From the IMG/VR virus record IMGVR_UViG_3300028394_000094, positions 1-54,763 of that record: a stretch of DNA of 54,763 nucleotides; one strand, given 5' to 3'. Each line of letters begins with the position of its first letter. The stretch's first letter is position 1. Below are positions 9,081 to 16,177 of this stretch, one piece after another. The position numbers and the translations under genes were made by a program. Below the pieces are notes generated by a model. It saw only the letters and a program-made list of their open reading frames with translations, was not told where the DNA came from and ran no database searches. Origin of the DNA: a virus (taxonomy: Duplodnaviria > Caudoviricetes).

Positions 9081-9247
9081 TAGCAACTTGTATAGAACAG
9101 AATGACAACAAGTCTCATGTGTTGCATGAGGTGCGTAACACAATAGACGGCAAAGAATATCGGTTCATTGTAAATGCCGAGTGTCCGATGACTGCGATAA
9201 AGATAGCACATGAAGTTCCATTAACTTATTGGGAGGAAGTGAGATGA
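9077..9247 (+). CDS. Small hypothetical protein (56 aa)
   Basis: AAGGAGG RBS, ATGA overlaps at both ends; not in ORF track. Confidence 0.65.
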   Translation: MIATCIEQNDNKSHVLHEVRNTIDGKEYRFIVNAECPMTAIKIAHEVPLTYWEEVR

Positions 9248-9426
9248 CTGAAGATATAACATTCGCACAAGCTAAAAAAGATTTAAGGGCATACATAAAG
9301 TTAGTAAAAAAAGAACGAGCTATTTGGGACAGACGAACCAAGACGCACAGAAAAGAGTTGTTACGGCTTTGTGGGATATATATGAATTTAGAAGTTATTA
9401 AGGAGAAGGAGAGTAATAATGGATAA
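9244..9426 (+). CDS. Small hypothetical protein
   Basis: GGAGG RBS, ATGA overlap at 9244. Confidence 0.65.
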   Translation: MTEDITFAQAKKDLRAYIKLVKKERAIWDRRTKTHRKELLRLCGIYMNLEVIKEKESNNG

Positions 9427-9595
9427 AGATACAAGCCTTGAAGATTTTCACAATGCTAATGAGCAAGAGAAACTAAGCATTATGTTTGATTCGTTTATGA
9501 AACTTATAAGGGATGGTATTGAGAAAGGTGAGTCAGATAAAACTATTAGAAACTATGCTCGATTGGCGAGTGAAATTTACTTTAGCGAGGATTAA
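9419..9595 (+). CDS. Small hypothetical protein (58 aa)
   Basis: AAGGAG RBS; MDKDTSLEDF...; not in ORF track. Confidence 0.6.
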   Translation: MDKDTSLEDFHNANEQEKLSIMFDSFMKLIRDGIEKGESDKTIRNYARLASEIYFSED

Positions 9596-9772
9596 ATGAT
9601 TAACGAAAAGTCGTATCAGATATTAGCAGTAGACATACTAGGAAACACCGAGGTGGTATGTACTTGTTTAACCTATGACATAGCCGAGAACTTATTGTTT
9701 AAGTTACAAGAGGGTGATGATAAGTTTAGTCCATGTGCATACACGATAGAGGAGATTACTAATGAAGGGTGA
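9596..9772 (+). CDS. Small hypothetical protein (58 aa)
   Basis: GAGGA RBS; MINEKSYQIL...; not in ORF track. Confidence 0.6.
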   Translation: MINEKSYQILAVDILGNTEVVCTCLTYDIAENLLFKLQEGDDKFSPCAYTIEEITNEG

Positions 9773-9953
9773 GGATAAGATATTCCTATTAGAAGCGTAC
9801 CATGCGTTGAATGGTAACGAAAGAACTAGGTGGAGATTCCAACTGGATAAAGGTAAGAACGCAAGGTTAGTACAAATGAGCAAGACATATAGTAAAGAGG
9901 AGTTTAACGAGGAAGTTATTAAGATAAAGGAGTTGTGCAATGAACAGATATAG
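9762..9953 (+). CDS. Small hypothetical protein
   Basis: GAGGAG RBS, coupled array. Confidence 0.65.
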   Translation: MKGEDKIFLLEAYHALNGNERTRWRFQLDKGKNARLVQMSKTYSKEEFNEEVIKIKELCNEQI

Positions 9954-10128
9954 AGTATTCGTATCGGGGTATGCTTACACAGAAGTCGATGCACCCAACG
10001 CTGAAGAAGCCGAGGTGTTAGCAAAGAAAAACATAGTAAGCGAGAGGTTCGGGATATGGGATATGCAGATGTCCTTTACTTGTGATGAGTCAGATTTACT
10101 TGAGGAGAATGTAAATGAAAAAGTTTAA
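9940..10128 (+). CDS. Small hypothetical protein (EVDA.NAEEAE motif)
   Basis: AAGGAG RBS; motif typical of small phage early proteins. Confidence 0.65.
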   Translation: MNRYRVFVSGYAYTEVDAPNAEEAEVLAKKNIVSERFGIWDMQMSFTCDESDLLEENVNEKV

Positions 10129-11014
10129 TTCGTTTAATGATGTAGCAAAATGTTATGCCGAAACTATTCCAATCAGGGGTAAGAAAAAGCCTTTGGATAT
10201 TCGTCCGATAGGAAACCGTAGGTATGATTGGAATCGTATCATTAAGTTTGACGAGAATACATACGCATTGACTGATGGGTACTGGACTAACACCGACCCA
10301 ACTCAAAGATTTGGCGATGAAGATACTAAGAAGTTATGTCCTGTTTTATGGGAACGCAAACCCGATGGTGACTACATGACTTTACATACTCATTTGACGA
10401 ATCATTGTGCCGTCTCTAGGTATTGGTTCATTCAGAGTTACATACCTGATGGGTTTGACTTTAATTGGTATTCACAAACAGGTAAACACTTTATCAAGTA
10501 CAAGGGTGTCGATTACTATCTGCCGAAATCTAAAGCTAAGATAGACTACGGCAATAGAATTATAGAGTTTAAGGAGTATCACAGATTGATATTCAAATAC
10601 GAAGCCGATAGTAACTTTACTAGGGTTGGTGATAAGAACTTATGTACAACTAGACGGCTTGATAAATCTTTGACTAAGGAGTATAGACCGTATATTAAAA
10701 AGTTCTTTGAGTATATGCAGATAATGTTGCCTGTGTTTGGGGGTACGCTAGGGTTACGAGATACCAAAGATAACTATGCACAACAGTTGGATGCAGGGAA
10801 TAGTTGGTACTGGAGTAAATATGTAGAGCCGATGCTTGTAAGAGATATCCTAAAAGATGTTGACCATGAGAATCACATAGCGTTGGCGGTCCTGTGTGCC
10901 AATGAGGTTGGCATGACAAAAGATAGTAGGTTTGTATGTAGTGAAAAGAGTTTGAGCAATCTAAATGCGTTGTTCAATCGTATCGGTGGTTTTTATGCTA
11001 AGGAGGAAATGTAA
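10115..11014 (+). CDS. Hypothetical protein (299 aa)
   Basis: GAGGAG RBS; long ORF; no recognised family. Confidence 0.8.
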   Translation: MKKFNSFNDVAKCYAETIPIRGKKKPLDIRPIGNRRYDWNRIIKFDENTYALTDGYWTNTDPTQRFGDEDTKKLCPVLWERKPDGDYMTLHTHLTNHCAVSRYWFIQSYIPDGFDFNWYSQTGKHFIKYKGVDYYLPKSKAKIDYGNRIIEFKEYHRLIFKYEADSNFTRVGDKNLCTTRRLDKSLTKEYRPYIKKFFEYMQIMLPVFGGTLGLRDTKDNYAQQLDAGNSWYWSKYVEPMLVRDILKDVDHENHIALAVLCANEVGMTKDSRFVCSEKSLSNLNALFNRIGGFYAKEEM

Positions 11015-11015
11015 A

Positions 11016-11978
11016 ATGGGAATGAATCCTAACCCTGTATATGAAGTTAAGGAGATGTTGTCCGACCCAAGAAGTCCGATTGAACCTGTAGAAGGTTGGC
11101 AATTCTTTGTAGACGGCATCCCTGTATCAAGGGAGTTGCATGATTTTGTTGAAGGGTTTAACAAGATACATAGGGGGTTGAAGTATTGTCTAGCGGAGAG
11201 TAAGAATTTACACTTTGAAAATGATGACAAACTAGTTCGTCTTGCTAAGACCTTGTATATATACCGAGATAATGTGCCGTTCATCTATGGTGCAATAGGG
11301 TATGGTGACTATTCGCTTACTAAGAGTGCTACAAAAAGCTATATGGTATTTAGTCGTAAGATTACAAACGATAAATACAATAAGCATAATGTACAACACC
11401 GAATGTCATTGACTATAAACCTAGGTACGGCTTTGAAAAATGCCTCTAAGTGTATCTCACCGTACACATCAGCAGAGATTGCCAAGTATTACTTTAAGTT
11501 CCCTCAAGACAAGGTACGAGATGTTGTATACGAAGCCAAGCATAGTCTAGGAAAAATCATTGAACCAGTACGCTCAAGTGCCGAGACGAGTACATTCGTG
11601 GACGAGATGATATACCTGATTGATAGTGGGGTGGAGTTTAAGAATCAGGCTTTCATGGAGATGGCTAAAGAGTTAAAGGATAAGGCTAACACTTTACGAG
11701 AGTTACAGAACCGCAAGGTAGGGCTAACCTTTGTATCGTTTAAGCACGGTACAAATGTATCGGTTGAGATGTTAGATGTAGAGAATGTAAACAACCTACC
11801 TATCTACGAGCATAACTTTTTAAACTATGCAAGTAATGTTACTACTTGTAGTATGGAGAACCTACCAGAAGCCATTTCAAGTAGAGTAGCAGTCCTTAAT
11901 ATCTTATCTGATAAACAGTATGTTGAGCGGGTGGGTATGAAGATAGATGACAACACATTTTGGGTAGAGAGAGGGTAA
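11016..11978 (+). CDS. Hypothetical protein (~320 aa)
   Basis: AAGGAGG RBS supports ATG 11016; C-terminus (LPEAI..RVAVL...VERVG....NTFWV) resembles that of the next gene. Confidence 0.8.
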   Translation: MGMNPNPVYEVKEMLSDPRSPIEPVEGWQFFVDGIPVSRELHDFVEGFNKIHRGLKYCLAESKNLHFENDDKLVRLAKTLYIYRDNVPFIYGAIGYGDYSLTKSATKSYMVFSRKITNDKYNKHNVQHRMSLTINLGTALKNASKCISPYTSAEIAKYYFKFPQDKVRDVVYEAKHSLGKIIEPVRSSAETSTFVDEMIYLIDSGVEFKNQAFMEMAKELKDKANTLRELQNRKVGLTFVSFKHGTNVSVEMLDVENVNNLPIYEHNFLNYASNVTTCSMENLPEAISSRVAVLNILSDKQYVERVGMKIDDNTFWVERG

Positions 11979-11979
11979 G

Positions 11980-12396
11980 ATGATAAACGATATTGGGGAG
12001 AACCTAAAAAACTTTAAGGTATGGGCAGGGATAATGTCCGACTTGTTTGGTAGGGGTAACGAGAAGATGTTTGGTAGTACAGGTAGTAACTTGATGACAA
12101 GATACTTGGATATGGTTACTAACAAACCTATATATCGTATTCAACTCCATGAGGATAGTTCGAATGTAGAGACTATGTGCTATGACTTGATGGATGGTTT
12201 TAGTCCGAAGTTAAATAAATTTTATGAAAGTGTTGACGAATTACCAAAATGGGTGCAAGATACATTATCTGTGTTAATGGTAGTAGACCATACTAAAGTA
12301 AATCAGGAGATTGAAAAGGTTGGCAGAAGAATTAGTAGAGATGTGTTTTGGGTTTATGATAGGGATGAAGAAGATGGCATCAACACCCGAAGTTAA
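11980..12396 (+). CDS. Hypothetical protein, C-terminus similar to the preceding gene
   Basis: LPKWVQDTLSVL...IEKVGRRISRDVFWV. Confidence 0.75.
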   Translation: MINDIGENLKNFKVWAGIMSDLFGRGNEKMFGSTGSNLMTRYLDMVTNKPIYRIQLHEDSSNVETMCYDLMDGFSPKLNKFYESVDELPKWVQDTLSVLMVVDHTKVNQEIEKVGRRISRDVFWVYDRDEEDGINTRS

Positions 12397-12700
12397 AGTG
12401 AAGAAGGTAGTGCGTCAAGTCCTTGATGGGCTTGGTGCGTATTATGTAATGCCTGTAACGAATGGGTATGGGAACTCGGGTGCGCCTGATTTCCTTGTCT
12501 GTTTGCAAGGGAGATTTATCGGCATCGAATGCAAGGCAGGTAAAAACAAACCAACTGCTTTGCAAGAACTTAATCTCAAAAAGATTAGAGATGCAGGAGG
12601 AGTAGCACTAGTAGTAAATGAAACTAATGTAGTTAACTTAAACAGTCTTTTATCAGGAGAGAGAAATGAAGACACAATCAGTAGCAGGAAGAGTCCTTGA
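12374..12700 (+). CDS. VRR-NUC domain nuclease (PD-(D/E)XK)
   Basis: PE..VK...GAPDFL...FIGIECK...PTALQ...I..AGG. Confidence 0.85.
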   Translation: MASTPEVKVKKVVRQVLDGLGAYYVMPVTNGYGNSGAPDFLVCLQGRFIGIECKAGKNKPTALQELNLKKIRDAGGVALVVNETNVVNLNSLLSGERNEDTISSRKSP

Positions 12701-13070
12701 AGTATTAATTAGTCAAGGCGGTAAGACACCTAAACAACTCAATGAAATATTGAAGGTTAAAGGTAATAGTGTATATACGGCATTATCACAACTCAGGGCT
12801 AAGAAGCGGATAGCGAGGGACGAGGATGGTGTATACATCACCCAAACTCAGACTAGCATAACACCAGTAGTGCCAGTAGTAAATGCTCGCACCAAAACAG
12901 ACGCACTTACCATTAACAAGTTAAGGAAAGAAGTTGAAGAATTAGACAAGTGGTGTTTGTTATGGCGAGAGAAGTATGATGCGTTAGAAAAGACTAAGGA
13001 CTTGCTGAACGAGAAATACCTAGATAGCAAGGCAGTCATCGCCTATCTAGAAAAGAAACTAGAGAAGTAA
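12666..13070 (+). CDS. Winged-HTH plus coiled-coil protein, putative regulator
   Basis: VLEVL...KTPKQLNEIL...SVYTALSQLRAKKRI; GGAGAGAGA RBS. Confidence 0.6.
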   Translation: MKTQSVAGRVLEVLISQGGKTPKQLNEILKVKGNSVYTALSQLRAKKRIARDEDGVYITQTQTSITPVVPVVNARTKTDALTINKLRKEVEELDKWCLLWREKYDALEKTKDLLNEKYLDSKAVIAYLEKKLEK

Positions 13071-13084
13071 TTTTACTATTAACA

Positions 13085-13107
13085 GGGTGCGACTACGCAC
13101 CCATTTT
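13085..13107 (+). terminator. Stem-loop, possible weak terminator ending the early block
   Basis: GGGTGCG-ACTA-CGCACCC followed by ATTTT. Confidence 0.5.
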
Positions 13108-13122
13108 CCTTTGGAGAGAGAA

Positions 13123-13671
13123 ATGAACACGAACGAACTTTTAGCATTAGAGCAATTGAGAGATAGATGGGGTGACATCATAGCCCATGATGGGGGGTAC
13201 TGCCCTTGTTGCGATAGGTGGGGTAAGATTAACTCACATGGTATACACAAGAGCCTTGCGTTATGTCTTAGGTGGTTATACGAATACACTAAACGAAGTA
13301 AGAAGGATTGGATTCATGTTGTAGAGGAAGCCCCTCGACAAGTGTTGCGTACAAGAAGTTTTGCAGGGCTTGAATACTGGGGTTTGATTCGCAGACAGTT
13401 TAAAGTTGAATCTGAGGTTGATACCAGTCATGGCGACAAAAAAAGTAAGAAACAATTAGGTAAAACAAGGTCATCGGGACTTTGGCAGATTACTTCCCTC
13501 GGCATAGACTTTGTTGAGGGTAAGACCTTGATGCCGAAAAGAGTATTTGTCTATAATAAAATTGTGCAGGGTAAGACCGTAGCGACAGTCTCATTCGAAG
13601 ATTGTCTAGGCGAACTGTACCACTACGGTGCATCAATGAGTATTAATTACGCTGATGAGGAACTCGCATGA
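13123..13671 (+). CDS. Hypothetical protein with CPCC motif and possible winged helix
   Basis: GGAGAGAGA RBS before ATG 13123; GYCPCC, YWGLI...GLWQITSLG. Confidence 0.7.
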   Translation: MNTNELLALEQLRDRWGDIIAHDGGYCPCCDRWGKINSHGIHKSLALCLRWLYEYTKRSKKDWIHVVEEAPRQVLRTRSFAGLEYWGLIRRQFKVESEVDTSHGDKKSKKQLGKTRSSGLWQITSLGIDFVEGKTLMPKRVFVYNKIVQGKTVATVSFEDCLGELYHYGASMSINYADEELA

Positions 13672-13835
13672 ACGAGCAAGACCTAAGAAATTGTTTTGCT
13701 ATGTTTAAATCTTTAACAGGTGCTAATGCCGAGGATTGTTTTAAGTTTGCTGATGAGATGTTAGAGGTAAGCAAGAGAACACCCGAAGAGGAAACAGGCA
13801 TAGTAGCAATACGCAAAAGAAAGGCTAAAGAATGA
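13668..13835 (+). CDS. Small hypothetical protein (55 aa)
   Basis: GAGGA RBS; DLRNCFAM...FADEML, similar to 14292-14519; not in ORF track. Confidence 0.65.
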   Translation: MNEQDLRNCFAMFKSLTGANAEDCFKFADEMLEVSKRTPEEETGIVAIRKRKAKE

Positions 13836-14098
13836 GCAGACCTAAATGGAATACAGACAAGACCGAACTCACCTATAAAGATGGTAGCAGATGGTTGAAG
13901 GAAACTTTTAACAAAGACTTGAACTTAATCAAGCGTACAACATCTTGGGGTGAGTGGACTGAGCATGAGTATGTTGAGAAAGGTAAAGCCAAGGGTAGGA
14001 TAGCGGTGATACGCAATAGCGAAGGCTTGGTTAAAAAGTTTTCGTATGATGCAAGTGGTAGACTTCAAAGTAGTAAAGGTACTGAGGAGGTAATATGA
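13832..14098 (+). CDS. Small YD/RHS-repeat-like protein
   Basis: Beta-hairpin repeats, e.g. FSYDASGRL. Confidence 0.55.
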   Translation: MSRPKWNTDKTELTYKDGSRWLKETFNKDLNLIKRTTSWGEWTEHEYVEKGKAKGRIAVIRNSEGLVKKFSYDASGRLQSSKGTEEVI

Positions 14099-14295
14099 AA
14101 ACAATGCACTTTGCTTTTGTAGGGATGTGGATTATATTTTGTGGGATGATTATTTATCTTACAGAGATAAGTCGCAGGGAAGAAGTTTATAAACTAAACT
14201 GCGAACTACTGCTTGGTGGTTGGCATCCCGATGTACCCAAGGATTACGCAAAATTATGTGAAGAAGCTAAACAAACAATGAGGAGCGATAGATGA
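14095..14295 (+). CDS. Small membrane-anchored protein
   Basis: GAGGAGG RBS; N-terminal hydrophobic helix. Confidence 0.65.
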   Translation: MKTMHFAFVGMWIIFCGMIIYLTEISRREEVYKLNCELLLGGWHPDVPKDYAKLCEEAKQTMRSDR

Positions 14296-14519
14296 AAGCA
14301 TTTCCAAGTAGCGAAGCGATTTACAGAAACGATATAGTTGGTGTTAAAGAGAATAGCGGTATGGATTTAAGAGATTACTTTGCAGGTCAAGCCTTAGCAG
14401 GGGGTTTAGAGCAGGGTGTTGAAAATGATATGCAAACTAATTGGTGGCATAGTCCTGAACGTATAGCAAAACGTGCGTATGCAATTGCTGATGCAATGAT
14501 GGAAGAGAGGGATAAATGA
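14292..14519 (+). CDS. Conserved small phage protein (GMDLRDYFA...AY.IADAM type)
   Basis: Motif widespread in proteobacterial phages; function unknown. Confidence 0.75.
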   Translation: MKAFPSSEAIYRNDIVGVKENSGMDLRDYFAGQALAGGLEQGVENDMQTNWWHSPERIAKRAYAIADAMMEERDK

Positions 14520-14767
14520 GGAAAGATGGTCAACCCCGTGCTTTCTTAAGAGTTAAATTAAAAGACTTATATAAAGCAATCCAAAGTGGCGAATTAAGCG
14601 AAAGGTCATTTAAGGATTGGTTAATGGAATACAGAATTAAACATTATATTAAGGGAGATGGGGGAAATACAAGGGAAGAATTTCGTCAAGCGTGTCTTGA
14701 ATATAGAAAGAAAAAAGCAAGGGAAGTAATAGATAAATTAAAAATAAAGAAAGCGAGTGAGAAATGA
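14516..14767 (+). CDS. Hypothetical protein ending KKASEK (cassette)
   Basis: ATGA-coupled; ends in the repeated junction. Confidence 0.65.
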   Translation: MRKDGQPRAFLRVKLKDLYKAIQSGELSERSFKDWLMEYRIKHYIKGDGGNTREEFRQACLEYRKKKAREVIDKLKIKKASEK

Positions 14768-15012
14768 GTGAACCAGTAGCGTGGAGAGCAACATATAAAG
14801 GTAAAACACTTTTAACTGATGACACTGATTTTATTTTAAAAATGTGGAAGCACAATGGTTTTAAAATAGAACCCCTTTATTTGTTGCGTGAACTAACTGA
14901 TGAGGAAATAAACGAAGTGTTTAAATCTATATACGGTCACAACAACAGTTATATCAACAGTAGTTTATTTAATTTTGCAAGAGCAATACTAAAGAAAGCG
15001 AGTGAGAAATGA
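14764..15012 (+). CDS. Hypothetical protein (EPVAW...LTDEEI...FARAI type) ending KKASEK
   Basis: Motifs typical of variable phage accessory genes. Confidence 0.7.
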   Translation: MSEPVAWRATYKGKTLLTDDTDFILKMWKHNGFKIEPLYLLRELTDEEINEVFKSIYGHNNSYINSSLFNFARAILKKASEK

Positions 15013-15260
15013 CTGAATCAAGAACTTATATAGTCGATGAATTGGCTGATATTCTAGATAGGCGAGGCGAAGACCGCCAACTAGAGGCGGCTAATATGCT
15101 ACGGAAACAACAGGCTGAAATAGAAGCGTTGAAACAACATTGGAGCGAACCACAGACGGACTTAATAGTTTTGCTACGAGAAGAGATAACGCTGATGCAA
15201 AAGTATTTACAGGAACAAAACTTGCGTGAACATTTTGTAGCGTGGAGGCAAGAGAAATGA
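15009..15260 (+). CDS. Coiled-coil hypothetical protein
   Basis: EAANMLRKQQAEIEALK; ATGA-coupled. Confidence 0.65.
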   Translation: MTESRTYIVDELADILDRRGEDRQLEAANMLRKQQAEIEALKQHWSEPQTDLIVLLREEITLMQKYLQEQNLREHFVAWRQEK

Positions 15261-15424
15261 TTACCGCAACCATCGAAATCCAAGTGGACAAGACGCATAC
15301 ATTTGTACGAGTTTGGGGTGAAGGTATTGCATTGGAAATTGCCGAAGAACTAATAGAAATAGCACGGAACATGGATACCGAAACTTTGATGGGTATTCAA
15401 GTAATCAAGAAACAATCTAACTAA
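15257..15424 (+). CDS. Small hypothetical protein
   Basis: GGAGG RBS, ATGA overlap at 15257. Confidence 0.6.
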   Translation: MITATIEIQVDKTHTFVRVWGEGIALEIAEELIEIARNMDTETLMGIQVIKKQSN

Positions 15425-15439
15425 GAAAGCGAGTGAGAA

Positions 15440-15532
15440 ATGAATAAAGAAATTGTAATGAACCCTGACATCTTGCCTACGCTCGAAGAATGGCGACTAA
15501 TTTGTAAGATGGTTAAAGGTAGTAAGAAATGA
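15440..15532 (+). CDS. 30-aa micro-ORF between junction repeats
   Basis: Starts in junction copy 3 and ends in a degenerate copy (GSKK-stop). Confidence 0.45.
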   Translation: MNKEIVMNPDILPTLEEWRLICKMVKGSKK

Positions 15533-15723
15533 AAAAACATAGAAAGATGTCGGAGCAAATGGAAAAAGACATACAAGAGATTGTTGATTTCTATATGCAA
15601 TTCGTAACAGGCGAACATTTTTCAATAAGAGAAAGCCTTGAGTACTTTTGGAAGTGCATGAATGACTACACAATAGAAGATTATTTAAAGACTGTTCGTG
15701 AACGAAAAGCGAGTAAGAAATGA
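15529..15723 (+). CDS. Small hypothetical protein ending RKASKK
   Basis: Bounded by junction-like sequences. Confidence 0.6.
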   Translation: MKKHRKMSEQMEKDIQEIVDFYMQFVTGEHFSIRESLEYFWKCMNDYTIEDYLKTVRERKASKK

Positions 15724-15797
15724 CCCACTACATTTGCGTACATTGTAAATCAAAGATACTAACCATACTAGTTAGATGTCCATACTGCCGTAAATGA
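15720..15797 (+). CDS. 25-aa zinc-ribbon micro-protein
   Basis: MTHYICVHCKSKILTILVRCPYCRK: CxxC-10-CxxC, ATGA-coupled. Confidence 0.5.
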   Translation: MTHYICVHCKSKILTILVRCPYCRK

Positions 15798-15806
15798 GAA
15801 AAGTAA

Positions 15807-16004
15807 ATGCACGAAGAAGATGATGAAGATGAATACGAAGAACCTACAGATAAAGTACCACAAAACAACGAGGGGCATATGTCTCAACAGGAAGTAGCAG
15901 AGGTTTTGGGTATGTCTAGAAGCAGAGTTAGTGAACTTGAAAAGAAAGCACTTAGGAAATTTAAATATTATTTGTTAAAGAAATACAAGGAAGAAGATTT
16001 ATGA
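15807..16004 (+). CDS. Stand-alone sigma70 region-4-like HTH protein
   Basis: MSQQEVAEVLGMSRSRVSELEKKALRKF matches the sigma r4.2 pattern (TLEEVG....VTRERIRQIEAKALRKL); acidic N-terminus. Confidence 0.8.
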   Translation: MHEEDDEDEYEEPTDKVPQNNEGHMSQQEVAEVLGMSRSRVSELEKKALRKFKYYLLKKYKEEDL

Positions 16005-16177
16005 ACAGTAAAGATATTAAGGCGGTGCTTATAACTAATATTAAGATAAAAGATAAAAAGCACAAGTTAACAGGTGATGAGCCGATTGATGCTTTAGTTG
16101 AACTAGCAAGTAGCGTAGGATTGGAAGTAACTATAGAAGTAATAGAACCTAATTTTGATATGGACGGTAGAGGATAA
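16001..16177 (+). CDS. Small hypothetical protein (58 aa)
   Basis: ATGA overlap upstream, TAATG overlap with polA; not in ORF track. Confidence 0.55.
   Translation: MNSKDIKAVLITNIKIKDKKHKLTGDEPIDALVELASSVGLEVTIEVIEPNFDMDGRG

Larger units (their letters stand above)
14745..15723 (+). repeat. Repeated gene-junction sequence (T)AAAGAAAGCGAGTGAGAAATGA
   Basis: Identical 23-mers at 14745 and 14990, 21-mer at 15423, variants at 15706 and 15521. Confidence 0.9.

Noticed and set aside
2684-13077. Identifying AGTAA-NN-TTACT as a LexA, NtcA, matS or other known box
   Set aside because: Spacing and sequence do not match the consensus sites I know; left unassigned
14745-15723. CRISPR or true integron interpretation of the junction repeats
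   Set aside because: Spacing is irregular and gene-sized, repeats are not palindromic like attC, and no integrase is in the window
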